A DNA stretch of 64,000 nucleotides, taken from the IMG/VR virus record IMGVR_UViG_2823577039_000003; one strand, written 5' to 3'. Below are positions 38,715-48,177 of this stretch, in pieces. Each line of letters begins with the position of its first letter. Position 1 is the first letter of the stretch. This DNA is from an uncultured virus (IMG/VR IMGVR_UViG_2823577039_000003) (taxonomy: Duplodnaviria > Heunggongvirae > Uroviricota > Caudoviricetes). The notes below the pieces were generated by a model, which did not search any database, had not been told where the DNA came from, and saw nothing but the letters and a program-made list of their open reading frames with translations. The position numbers and the translations under genes were made by a program.

Positions 38715-39209
38715 TCAGTTCATACCGGGCTTGAACTCCCAATCTTGGCTACGGGTATATGTTTGTCCAGTAACCTTAAGGTCGGTTGCACCTGCAATTC
38801 CCAACTTGCGAGCAAGAGGAGTATCAGGAACAGGCTTGTCCAGTGTTCCATATCCACGGTCTGTGAACCATGAGGTTCCACGGGATGCGTTTGACTTGGT
38901 TTGACCAGCAGAAGGTGTCCATGCACCTACACGGTCACCATCTTTGTAAAGTTGAGAACGACCACCAGTTCGCTTTTGACCAATACCAGTAGTTCCTTCG
39001 GAAATACGACGAGGACCTTGCTTAGTGTTGGACACTTGTGCACGAACTTTCTTAGATGCTTTCTTTTGCTTCCAGCCGTCTTGCTTGTATCGCTTGACAC
39101 CCTCACGGATACCATATTTTGATACATATCGCTGAACAACAGTCAGCATACCGGCTTTCTTTGTGGATTTCTTTGCTCCTCGGAGATTGGATGAACTCTT
39201 GTCAGTCAT
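38715..39209 (-). CDS. Highly basic protein, candidate DNA-condensing core protein
   Basis: Very K/R-rich. Leadered promoter at 39249-39259 plus SD AGGTGA. Confidence 0.55.
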   Translation of the reverse strand: MTDKSSSNLRGAKKSTKKAGMLTVVQRYVSKYGIREGVKRYKQDGWKQKKASKKVRAQVSNTKQGPRRISEGTTGIGQKRTGGRSQLYKDGDRVGAWTPSAGQTKSNASRGTSWFTDRGYGTLDKPVPDTPLARKLGIAGATDLKVTGQTYTRSQDWEFKPGMN

Positions 39210-39248
39210 AATAATTTCACCTTTGTGGTAATAGATATGTCTTTGTTC

Positions 39249-39259
39249 TACTATTTATA
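39249..39259 (-). promoter_or_regulatory. TATA promoter TATAAATAGTA (leadered, SD AGGTGA)
   Basis: 39 nt spacer to ATG 39209. Confidence 0.7.
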
Positions 39260-39268
39260 CTTTTGTAA

Positions 39269-39883
39269 TTATTCTGTAGGGGGTTCTTGGAATCCAATAA
39301 CTCCACAAGCCATACGTTTTCCAGCATTACCTGTTTTTAATGATTCTTGATGCACTTTTTCATTAACTACTTCACCGTTGGCATCTAAACCACCCAAACC
39401 TAAATCATCACGGTCTTGGTGAACAATAATCATACGTCCTACAATAAAAGTAATACTATGAGGATCTAAACTTAAAGTCGGGGCAGTTAACTCGCCTCGG
39501 GCTTTTCCGTTAGTAGAAGTAATGTTTCCTAAGTCGCCTTCATGTCGTTCTGCCGAATCTAAACCTCCATGGGTTGTGCCAAAAGGATTAAAATGTGCAC
39601 AGGCTGATTGACAACCATCAGTTAAGTCACCATATTCATGAATGTGAAAACCATGTTCGCCATCAGCAAGTCCATCAATATTATATTTAATAACTACACC
39701 TTGAGAAGTATCTTCAAAGTGCACGACACCAGTAACACCATTATCATTAGGTGCCATGACTGCCACAGCATAACGAGTAGGTTTAGTTTCACTCAGGTAT
39801 CTTAAAGAAGGTCTAAAAGTAGACATAATATAGGCTAATCCCCCACCTATGAAGGCCATAATACCTATATTTTTGATATTCAT
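39269..39883 (-). CDS. sodC: Cu/Zn superoxide dismutase with N-terminal membrane anchor or signal
   Basis: HGFHIH, GCQSACAHFNP, THGG, RHEGDLGN, IIVHQDRDDLG and TGNAGKRMACGVIG supply all metal ligands, the disulfide Cys pair and the catalytic Arg. Confidence 0.95.
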   Translation of the reverse strand: MNIKNIGIMAFIGGGLAYIMSTFRPSLRYLSETKPTRYAVAVMAPNDNGVTGVVHFEDTSQGVVIKYNIDGLADGEHGFHIHEYGDLTDGCQSACAHFNPFGTTHGGLDSAERHEGDLGNITSTNGKARGELTAPTLSLDPHSITFIVGRMIIVHQDRDDLGLGGLDANGEVVNEKVHQESLKTGNAGKRMACGVIGFQEPPTE

Positions 39884-40239
39884 TGTTCATCACCGACGAC
39901 AGAGCCATCAGATTCATCTTCTTCGGCTTCATCATCTTCGGCAAACTCGGAACAAACGGTTTCAAAATCTAATCGGTGCTGATCATCATTACTATCAGAA
40001 GACCAAACTCCGTATCCCCAACCAGAAATCATTCCTATACCGAGTGGGGCTAAAGCCATCCAACGATTCATAGTAATAAATTGAGAACTAATGAAAAGAA
40101 TACCTGTGGGAATTAAACCACCGATAACGCCGTAAGCAATAGATTTATTGAGATGAGCCTTATGACGCTCTGAAATATATGCAGATACTCCAAGCGAGCA
40201 AGTTCTACGGGCTTCAGCCTCAGTCTTGGTTAACACCAT
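39880..40239 (-). CDS. 2-TM membrane protein
   Basis: Hydrophobic hairpin with an acidic tail. TATA motif at 40259-40269. Confidence 0.55.
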   Translation of the reverse strand: MVLTKTEAEARRTCSLGVSAYISERHKAHLNKSIAYGVIGGLIPTGILFISSQFITMNRWMALAPLGIGMISGWGYGVWSSDSNDDQHRLDFETVCSEFAEDDEAEEDESDGSVVGDEQ

Positions 40240-40279
40240 GTAGTAAAGTTATCAACACAACTATTTATAGTTATGGAAC

Positions 40280-40582
40280 TCAAAGGTGACCGTGGGCTTT
40301 TGCGCCTTCAATCATCTCAGCAGACATATCTACGAATTGAGTAGGGTTTAGAACGATACTCTTACCGAAGAGCATAACCAATCCGCTACCAACTGCGATA
40401 GTTCCGAGAACCTTAAGTGGAGTTACTCCACCAAAGAGGGGAAGTTCACCAAAGGACATGCTACCAAAAGCATCTTTGTTAAAGAAAGGTAGTGGACCAG
40501 AGAACTGGTGTAGACCGATCAAAGTTAGTGTTGTTCCAATTACGAGTTTGTTGCTTAAGAAATCTGTGACTGCATTCATCAT
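40280..40582 (-). CDS. Membrane protein family C
   Basis: FLSNKLVIGTTLTLIG..LPLFGGVTPLKVLG..GLVML resembles 26561 and 27138. Has an MSAE motif. Confidence 0.55.
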   Translation of the reverse strand: MMNAVTDFLSNKLVIGTTLTLIGLHQFSGPLPFFNKDAFGSMSFGELPLFGGVTPLKVLGTIAVGSGLVMLFGKSIVLNPTQFVDMSAEMIEGAKAHGHL

Positions 40583-40623
40583 ATTATCATATCCTATGTT
40601 TTACTATTTATATTTTTGTTTTA

Positions 40624-41487
40624 TCAGAACGGACTGTGTAGTGCAGCGTTAGCACCGAAAGCACGGCCAATTCCAGTTCCGAAGCCGTTACTGTTTTCTG
40701 CTCCGAAACCACCTAAGTCAGCGTTTCGCACTGGTGGGGCAACGTGTTTAGCCTCCATACGAATCTTCTTGGGTGGATTGATACTACGAACTACCTTGTT
40801 GTGGTTCAGCATAGGTTGTGTGGATGCTGGAATGATTGGTCGCTCTCGGATTGGCATACGAGTGCTGGACGCAGGAACATTCAGTTTAGGTGCACCACTA
40901 AACATAGCACGAGGGTTGCTCGGGCGGATAGATGTGCGGTCTACTTCAAACGCAGGTGAAGCACCGAAAGTTTCAGTAGGTTGGTGAGCGTTAATCTTAG
41001 GCATAATTTGTTCTGCCTTCATACGGTTCATGTGAGAAACATCTGGACCGAAGTTTTGGTCGCCGTAAATCTCAGCGGTGTGAGATGGGCGAGAGTATTG
41101 TGCTTCAGGAGTAAGTCTTTGTCCCATAACTCCGTAAGCCGAGAGATCGAAATCTGCATCACGGCCACTGGCTAAAGCACTAAGGTCTAACTTAGGCATA
41201 GTAGAAATAGCAGGTGCTGGGCGAGGCATGTTTGGAACAACACCTTGTCCGTATCCGCCACCGCTAACCATGGCAGCCATGTCCATAGAAGTAGTTGGAG
41301 GCACAACGAAAGCAGGCATATTTACAACAGGGGCACTGGGTCGTGGACCAGCCTGTGTCAAACCTTGGCCCATAGCATTACGAGCAGGTAGAGTATCATT
41401 AACCAAACTAACTTGTGGTAGTGCTGGCATATTGGGGCTATATGGGATGTCTGGAAGGACAGTATTCTTTCCGATTGTTCGTGCCAT
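40624..41487 (-). CDS. Pro/Met-rich low-complexity protein
   Basis: Start MARTIG follows the promoter at 41507-41517. Motifs MKAE, FGAS, FGAE and FGAN. Confidence 0.6.
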   Translation of the reverse strand: MARTIGKNTVLPDIPYSPNMPALPQVSLVNDTLPARNAMGQGLTQAGPRPSAPVVNMPAFVVPPTTSMDMAAMVSGGGYGQGVVPNMPRPAPAISTMPKLDLSALASGRDADFDLSAYGVMGQRLTPEAQYSRPSHTAEIYGDQNFGPDVSHMNRMKAEQIMPKINAHQPTETFGASPAFEVDRTSIRPSNPRAMFSGAPKLNVPASSTRMPIRERPIIPASTQPMLNHNKVVRSINPPKKIRMEAKHVAPPVRNADLGGFGAENSNGFGTGIGRAFGANAALHSPF

Positions 41488-41518
41488 GTTAATTACTCCT
41501 TGTTTCAACTATTTATAC

Positions 41519-41932
41519 TTACTTGTTCATGAGAGAGGAAACAGCCAAGAATGCGCCAGTTCCAACTAATGCAAATCCTAAGAGATTCATGAGGGAATTG
41601 CCAGAGGATTCACCTTCAGCACTGTAGTGTTCAGCAACCATGCGGTCTTGTTCGCCTTGGTCTTGTCCAAAGTTTTGGCCGTCAGCATCTCCGCCTTGGT
41701 CTCCAGTTTGACCTTCATCGGCACCTTCTGGAGTATCAGTTTCAGGTTTCAAATCTACTACTTCTGATTCTTGAGTAGCGTCTTGAGGAGATACCATTTG
41801 AGTCATGGGGTCAGTCATAACATCACGGTTAGTGTTCATGAAAGCACGAATAGCATCAGAGTTACGTTCCCAAGAGTAGTGATTTACTACGGTATTAGGA
41901 TCTACAATCATCGGTTCGTTGAAAGGGTGCAT
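41519..41932 (-). CDS. Tail-anchored protein
   Basis: MVAEHYSAE is followed by TM LMNLLGFALVGTGAFLAVSSLM-NK. Confidence 0.6.
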   Translation of the reverse strand: MHPFNEPMIVDPNTVVNHYSWERNSDAIRAFMNTNRDVMTDPMTQMVSPQDATQESEVVDLKPETDTPEGADEGQTGDQGGDADGQNFGQDQGEQDRMVAEHYSAEGESSGNSLMNLLGFALVGTGAFLAVSSLMNK

Positions 41933-41981
41933 AAGAAATTATCATCATGCCGACTACTTATACTTTAGCACACAATGGGGT

Positions 41982-43130
41982 TTAATCCCAGCGTTGTAAA
42001 CTCATTAATTCTTCAGTAGTTAAAGATTCACCAGCCATTAATTTTTTCATTAACTCATCTACTTTTTGGCGAGCAGTCTTAGGATTGGAAGGTTGATTGG
42101 GTGGTTGGAAAGGACTGTTATTACCAGAGCCTTGAGGATAATAGTTAGCCGGAGTGTTAGAAGTAGAATAAGGATTAGCACGGGCGGGATTAAAGGGATT
42201 ACCAGTTTGTCGTTGTTTAGCAGGCAGGGGTGGATAGTTTTGACCCCGTGGTTGCATAGGATGGTAATAATCAGAATCTGTTTCTTGAGGCCGGGGTGTG
42301 GTGACACGTCCTCGGGGTGGTCGCTCAATACCGCTAACGAGTTTACCAATGCCAGTGAGAGGAAAGTTGATAGTCAGGCTACCTTTAGTCACTTGGTCAG
42401 ACCACCAACGGAACTTAGGTCGGAACTCACCCCATGGAATATACCATTCTTCGGCTTCACGAGGATGTTGGTCTTGATGATGTTTTAAATATTTATTATC
42501 ATGGCATTCTGGAAAGGTTGGTTCGGCTTGGGCGTTAAACAATCGCACACCTGCACCCAGTTTAGGTCTGCCTGTTTTACTTCCGCCCCCATTTACTCGG
42601 AAATTGGCTCCGTTAACTCCGGGGGCAGCAGGAAGTAACTCCATTTCAAAATCTTCCCATTTAGGATTATCAAAAGGACGACAAAACATGAGATTACGTT
42701 GCCAGCGAGTAGGAACGCAAAGATAATCTTGTCTTTGGGGTGACCATGCTAAATAACTATCTCCTTTTTGGATAGGTTTCAAAGGGCCACCGCCCTCGGG
42801 ACATTGAGTAGTGTGTGACCAAATAGGACACCATCGTTCAGGTAAAGCCGTAAACTCATAACTTCCGACTCCGAAGATTTCGTCATCAAATACTGCCAGT
42901 TGGGAGTTCTTGCCGCGATCGGGTGAGATAAGAGAACGAGTTCTACCATTTTTCTTAGTAGTGGGTCGGATGTAAACCATGGCGGGAACATTGTTTTCAA
43001 TAAACCATTGTTCTTTAGTAACTCCATAAGACTGTGCGAATTGAGTATCTGTTAAATCACGAAAGTGACTGGCGAGAACACCTCTGCCAGAGATGTCGCC
43101 TTCTAAACATACAATGTCGCCTGCTTCCAT
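41982..43130 (-). CDS. Hypothetical Trp/Pro-rich protein
   Basis: 382 aa ORF with a promoter variant at 43152-43162. Confidence 0.55.
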   Translation of the reverse strand: MEAGDIVCLEGDISGRGVLASHFRDLTDTQFAQSYGVTKEQWFIENNVPAMVYIRPTTKKNGRTRSLISPDRGKNSQLAVFDDEIFGVGSYEFTALPERWCPIWSHTTQCPEGGGPLKPIQKGDSYLAWSPQRQDYLCVPTRWQRNLMFCRPFDNPKWEDFEMELLPAAPGVNGANFRVNGGGSKTGRPKLGAGVRLFNAQAEPTFPECHDNKYLKHHQDQHPREAEEWYIPWGEFRPKFRWWSDQVTKGSLTINFPLTGIGKLVSGIERPPRGRVTTPRPQETDSDYYHPMQPRGQNYPPLPAKQRQTGNPFNPARANPYSTSNTPANYYPQGSGNNSPFQPPNQPSNPKTARQKVDELMKKLMAGESLTTEELMSLQRWD

Positions 43131-43165
43131 CAGGAATGATTAGTGGATACGACCTATGTATAGTT

Positions 43166-44359
43166 TTAGTTGGAGGCTAAACCACGATAAACGACATAAC
43201 TAAGAGTTCCAGCCACTACTAAACCACCTACTACGATGCCGGTGACCATCATACTACCATCTTTTTCGGGTTCTGGTGGTTCTACCTCAACATCATATTC
43301 TACTTCAGGTTCGGCTTTCGCCTCAGCATCCCAACTCATATTATTTACTAATCGTGCCGGTGGCAGATTACCTACTGGGGAGGGGGTTGCAGGGGGAGGG
43401 GTTCTCCAAGAGGCTTCTGCAGCCATCGGTTGCTTGTGGTTGGGATTGACATCTACTTCTACATCTAAGGCTGCCAAGTCTTGAGGCGAGGCTACAGGAT
43501 TTTCATCATGGAACTTCAACCGTGAATCTTGAATGTTAACGTTGTGTCCTTTGTGTTCGGTCTTACGGTCTCCACGGATTTTACCGATGACTACATATCC
43601 TCGGTCACGATAGAACTCGGGTGCATAAGCGATAACTTCTCCTTTACGGGCTTTAGCGATACCGTCCAGCATACGCTTAATAGTTTTCTTATCAGTTCCA
43701 AAGGATAACTGATCGTCCAGAGCCTTGAGGTCACGAGCGTTGATAACGTTGTGAACGAGATAGATAGAGGCTTGAGATAGGGCTTCCTTGCCTACGCCCG
43801 CAGGACGCTGGGAGATAAGTGTAACTCCATAACCGAGAGCACGGCCTAATTTACAAAGACGAATAATGGGGTCGGCTGAACTTGGTCTTCCCATCTGTGG
43901 AATAAAGTCTTGACATTCTTCCACGATTGTTTGAATACCTTTACCAAGTGCGGCTTCTAAAAGGGCTTCACAATATTCAGCAATCAATTCTTGTTGCTTC
44001 TTGAGTGGCAGTCCCGCCAACTTAATAATAACTGAGTTAGAAGTAGTCTTGAGAGTATCCACTAATTCTTTCATGTTGATAGTCTGTCCCAGAGTAGGTT
44101 TGAGTGGCACGACACCGGGCATCTGTTCTGCTAAATGACCGTGAGCATCCAGAGCGTCAAAACAAACGAATTGTAATCCCAAGCGAGCAAACTCTTCCAT
44201 CAGAACCGCAGCGGTCCATGACTTTCCGCTACCACGCTTACCAGTAATAAACAGAACCTGTGAGATAAGTGAATCATCTCCATAGGCAGAGAAATGAATA
44301 TCTTTGCCTAACAGGACACGATCCTTGGGGTCCTGTAATTTCTCTTGAGGTTTACCCAT
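43166..44359 (-). CDS. HerA/FtsK-superfamily P-loop ATPase with C-terminal membrane anchor (candidate genome-packaging ATPase)
   Basis: Walker A GKRGSGKS, Walker B TIVEECQ, and LGRALGYGVTLISQRP (Arg and SQRP motifs). C-terminal TM GIVVGGLVVAGTLSYVVY. Start MGKPQE. Confidence 0.85.
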   Translation of the reverse strand: MGKPQEKLQDPKDRVLLGKDIHFSAYGDDSLISQVLFITGKRGSGKSWTAAVLMEEFARLGLQFVCFDALDAHGHLAEQMPGVVPLKPTLGQTINMKELVDTLKTTSNSVIIKLAGLPLKKQQELIAEYCEALLEAALGKGIQTIVEECQDFIPQMGRPSSADPIIRLCKLGRALGYGVTLISQRPAGVGKEALSQASIYLVHNVINARDLKALDDQLSFGTDKKTIKRMLDGIAKARKGEVIAYAPEFYRDRGYVVIGKIRGDRKTEHKGHNVNIQDSRLKFHDENPVASPQDLAALDVEVDVNPNHKQPMAAEASWRTPPPATPSPVGNLPPARLVNNMSWDAEAKAEPEVEYDVEVEPPEPEKDGSMMVTGIVVGGLVVAGTLSYVVYRGLASN

Positions 44360-44378
44360 AGATATAACTTCCCTGCAC

Positions 44379-44389
44379 AACTATATGTA
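44379..44389 (-). promoter_or_regulatory. Variant promoter TACATATAGTT
   Basis: 19 nt spacer to ATG 44359 (HerA ATPase). Confidence 0.65.
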
Positions 44390-44405
44390 GTTTATGGTAA
44401 TAAAT

Positions 44406-45413
44406 CTATTTAGTCATCTGTGCCATTTTAGCCATGCCGCCACCTAAACTGATAGCAGAACTGGCGTTGGTAGAATCAATGGCTTCAAACAAACCGGGGG
44501 GTGGGTTTATGTTTTTACCGTGCACTTCATTCAGTTTACGGCTGAGTTCAGCCATGCCTTTTTCACCCATGGCTTTACTGTTATAATCTGCGATGGCAAT
44601 ATAGAAAGTAGGTCCATAGGCTCTTAACACTTCATCACAAGATTTACCATCGCCACGACCGGCATCAGACATAGCAGCATTGAAAATATAATCTCCGTTT
44701 TGGTCCCACATATCAGTGATAACAATAGTAACGGCTTTATCTATACCTTGTCCTTCCATTCCACGAATGCATTCTCTGAGTCCAGAAGGAATGTTAGTTC
44801 CACCACGAGGGTAGAAAGGTAGGTAGCCGAAACTGCGTCCACTGTAATTTCGTCCCATATCGTAAGAAGTAATATAATCAATACAATCTTGATGTTGATA
44901 TGATGGACCTTTCCAGAGAACGTTAGGGTATGATTCAAACTCATAAATAGCGAAAGCATCATCACCAAGTAGACATTGTTTAATCATAATAGCGGTGCAA
45001 ATACGGGCTACCTCCCAGCGACCGAAAGTATAACCTTTCCATGAAGCAGCGGTAGCACCCATAGAACCAGATACATCTACAATTACATTTACCATAGTGT
45101 TCTTTCCAGATTTTCCACGAGGGACACGGGCTTGAGCAGCAGTCACAGGTGTAGTTCCGGGCAGTGGAAGTGGAACGAAAGTAGGATACTTGGCACCTTT
45201 CATACCTTGAGATGGATCCCAAGTAGTAGTGCGTATAGGTGCTAATGGTGTGCGAGGTGCTTTAGGTTTTTCTACTAAAGGTGGTGCAATATCTTCATAA
45301 AAGGCTCGTAATGGATTTTCAAAACCAAATGGTTTTTCTTCAGCATCACAATCTCCAACAGGTTCTAACCACACGAAGGGGTCTTTTAGTTTATTAACAT
45401 CTACTTCACTCAC
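44406..45413 (-). CDS. von Willebrand factor A (vWA) domain protein
   Basis: MIDAS motif DVSGS, plus GGTN and IVITD. Confidence 0.85.
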   Translation of the reverse strand: MSEVDVNKLKDPFVWLEPVGDCDAEEKPFGFENPLRAFYEDIAPPLVEKPKAPRTPLAPIRTTTWDPSQGMKGAKYPTFVPLPLPGTTPVTAAQARVPRGKSGKNTMVNVIVDVSGSMGATAASWKGYTFGRWEVARICTAIMIKQCLLGDDAFAIYEFESYPNVLWKGPSYQHQDCIDYITSYDMGRNYSGRSFGYLPFYPRGGTNIPSGLRECIRGMEGQGIDKAVTIVITDMWDQNGDYIFNAAMSDAGRGDGKSCDEVLRAYGPTFYIAIADYNSKAMGEKGMAELSRKLNEVHGKNINPPPGLFEAIDSTNASSAISLGGGMAKMAQMTK

Positions 45414-48172
45414 AGTATCACCACGTTACCTTTTGCCTCGTTCATCTTTTGACTGCCTTCTTGGTTAGCAGGAGTGTGCATCCAATTCCAGAAACCGGGA
45501 ATTAAACCACTTTGGCCTGTTTGTTCAATGGCTAACTCAGACCTAAATACCTCTAAAGAATATTGACGAGGTTTAGGGGTCAGCAAGTCAGGAGTATTTC
45601 TATCCTTCCAACCTTGAATCCTAATTTGTCCTTTTCCTTTTCGGAACATTAGCACGGCCATGCCGGGGTAGTAAACACCACGCTCGTAAGCATCTTGTAA
45701 ATCTTTGCCACCACCAATTAATGTCCAATCACTGCTGGGGTAAGGAGTTAATTTATTTTTATCTGGGGCGTGTTTTTGAGCCATGGATTTTCCACGCTTA
45801 TAGATTTGCTCACAAGTTTTACATTTAATCATGGCCATTCTTCCTTGGCTGGGGTCGTCAATAGAACCTACTTGAGTTATGTCATGCACAGTAATGCCGA
45901 TTTCTCCGCCAGTGTTAGAAGTTACACTGGACAAACTACCAGTATGGAAAGGATCACAAATAACATGAGTTTTATCATCACACCATTCGTAGCGGCGAGC
46001 CACTTCTAAAGTAGGTGGTGTGGTTTGAGTGCGAGGGTCGTAATTAGGCCCTAACATGAAACGAGGATAAGTGACGGGTGCTTTAAGTGGGGTGTTGGGA
46101 TTAGCAGGGTCACGATAACTACGACACTCAACAGATTCATCCACCCAACGATTTTTACTATTTTTGAAAGCGTGTTGTGCACGACCTTCGGCAATCATCA
46201 TGGTAAATCCACTCCATGTAACTCCAGAACAAGGTCCAGTTTGGGTAGCCCCTGCTTGAATCTTAGCCTCTACACAACTAACACCATCGCCCATGTAAGT
46301 TCCATTAGCAGCAGTGCAAACCTCTTCAGTAGACATCATAGCAGTTCCGTTTGGTAATTGACAACAACCTTGTGGGGCGGGAGTAGTAGGTGTGCCAGTA
46401 TTGTTTTGAGTATTTCCATTAGGCATCATTACAGGGTCATGTTCACACTTGATTCCTAATGCTGAGCCTCCGCCGGGGTCTTGGGTGCGGATTTGGTCTA
46501 AAGTAGTGGGAACTATGGAAGATGTGTGAATGCCAGCCAATGATAATCCAAAACGATAATCATCACTATCTCGGGAATCTAAATAAATAGACCAAACAGG
46601 TTTATTCCGAATAGGTCTACCAGTAACTTGGGCAGTAGTTAGGAATCCACCATCTTGTTTAGCAGAGATAACTAATTTTTTACGGGGGAAGAGGAAGGCT
46701 CTACCACCAACTCCCTTAAACTCTTGGAGATTGACCGGATCGGTTTGGTCTTTACATTGAGGACATTGGTCCATTTTTCTGCCGGGAGGTGTGACATCCC
46801 ATTTATTACCCATGTTAGCACCTTTACCTGTGGTTCCAACACCACACTGCCAATTATTTACAGACATTCCACCACATTGTCGGCCAGTCATATCATAATC
46901 CATTTGATTTCCACAAACCAAACACCGAGAAATAGCGTTGTCAGCCCATAAAGAAGGCATACCTGCTAAGCCATTATAACTATTATGTGCAGTGCATATA
47001 ATTTTAGGGTCCATAGTAAAAGCATGACGCATAGCACTGATAGGATAACGACTGGGTAAAGCATTTTTACCACGAGCAATTTGTTGCATATTCATTTCGG
47101 CCACATATTCAGGCTTATATTCTTTAGTGGGGCCTAAAACCTTGGGTTGTCCTATTTCCCACCCCATGTTAGGAAGGTAATTTCCAGAACATCCTGCTTC
47201 AGTGCAACGATTGGTTCCATTTTTTCCAATGCCGTTATAGATACCACCAGTTTGAGGTGAAGAAGGATTATTAGAGGGACTCATATCTACTTCGGATTCA
47301 GTCATAGGACGACCAAACGGATAACTGGTAGATGGTGGTGGGAAAAATCTTTCATGGTCGCAAGAATCACAAGTGAAACCATAAGGTCGTTTGAAAGCAC
47401 CGATTTGGTAACCTACTTCTAAATTAGGTATGAAGTCACAAGCCTCTTCAAAACTATTAATTTGACGATCGTAGGCAGGAGAACTGTAAGTTAAACGATA
47501 GGCAAAAGGTTTTCCATGGTCTAATTTAGAAACTTTTCCTTTGGGTTGAATCTGCCAGACATATTTTTGTGATTCTACCATATCTTGGGTTTCAGCCTGT
47601 AGGTTAGAGACATTCTGTTCTTTAACGAAATGTTTGGCATAACTTTCTTTGCCACAACCACGCTTTTCCACATTAGAAGAATTACAATAAATGCATACAG
47701 AGGCACTGGGATTACGGGTGGCCCATTGTTCACCACAATCTTTGCACACTACATAATCATTACAACGCACACGAGTCATAACTAAGAAACCAGACTGACC
47801 GTTCATAGAGTTCTTCAGTAAATCTACGTTGCCTCGCCATGTTTTCATATTGCCGTAAACTCCAAAGTCTACGAACTCCCAATTATAAATAAAATCACGA
47901 CGGCCACAACCGCCCATAGAGGGGTCACAGATATAAATACCTGAATCATAGGATTGGTCGGCGTTAACTGGAGAATAACTGGATAAGAACTTACGGATGT
48001 TAAAAACAATTCCGGGTTTGTTCTTCATGAAATGACTGACCATTTGTTTTTCATCAGTGTCTTGAATAGTGGTAGCATCATTAGGATCTGTTTGGTAAAT
48101 GCCATTAAATATATCTAACATAATTTGTTGACCTTTGGGTGAGTAGAAAGGATAGTCGTCGTAAGTTCCCAT
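45410..48172 (-). CDS. Large Cys-rich multi-zinc-ribbon protein
   Basis: Many CxxC pairs (CKDC, CIYC, CDSC, CLVC, CPQC, CKTC) and the module GCCQLPNG..CTAANGTYMGDGVSC. SD GGAGTGA. Confidence 0.6.
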   Translation of the reverse strand: MGTYDDYPFYSPKGQQIMLDIFNGIYQTDPNDATTIQDTDEKQMVSHFMKNKPGIVFNIRKFLSSYSPVNADQSYDSGIYICDPSMGGCGRRDFIYNWEFVDFGVYGNMKTWRGNVDLLKNSMNGQSGFLVMTRVRCNDYVVCKDCGEQWATRNPSASVCIYCNSSNVEKRGCGKESYAKHFVKEQNVSNLQAETQDMVESQKYVWQIQPKGKVSKLDHGKPFAYRLTYSSPAYDRQINSFEEACDFIPNLEVGYQIGAFKRPYGFTCDSCDHERFFPPPSTSYPFGRPMTESEVDMSPSNNPSSPQTGGIYNGIGKNGTNRCTEAGCSGNYLPNMGWEIGQPKVLGPTKEYKPEYVAEMNMQQIARGKNALPSRYPISAMRHAFTMDPKIICTAHNSYNGLAGMPSLWADNAISRCLVCGNQMDYDMTGRQCGGMSVNNWQCGVGTTGKGANMGNKWDVTPPGRKMDQCPQCKDQTDPVNLQEFKGVGGRAFLFPRKKLVISAKQDGGFLTTAQVTGRPIRNKPVWSIYLDSRDSDDYRFGLSLAGIHTSSIVPTTLDQIRTQDPGGGSALGIKCEHDPVMMPNGNTQNNTGTPTTPAPQGCCQLPNGTAMMSTEEVCTAANGTYMGDGVSCVEAKIQAGATQTGPCSGVTWSGFTMMIAEGRAQHAFKNSKNRWVDESVECRSYRDPANPNTPLKAPVTYPRFMLGPNYDPRTQTTPPTLEVARRYEWCDDKTHVICDPFHTGSLSSVTSNTGGEIGITVHDITQVGSIDDPSQGRMAMIKCKTCEQIYKRGKSMAQKHAPDKNKLTPYPSSDWTLIGGGKDLQDAYERGVYYPGMAVLMFRKGKGQIRIQGWKDRNTPDLLTPKPRQYSLEVFRSELAIEQTGQSGLIPGFWNWMHTPANQEGSQKMNEAKGNVVIL

Positions 48173-48177
48173 ATTTA

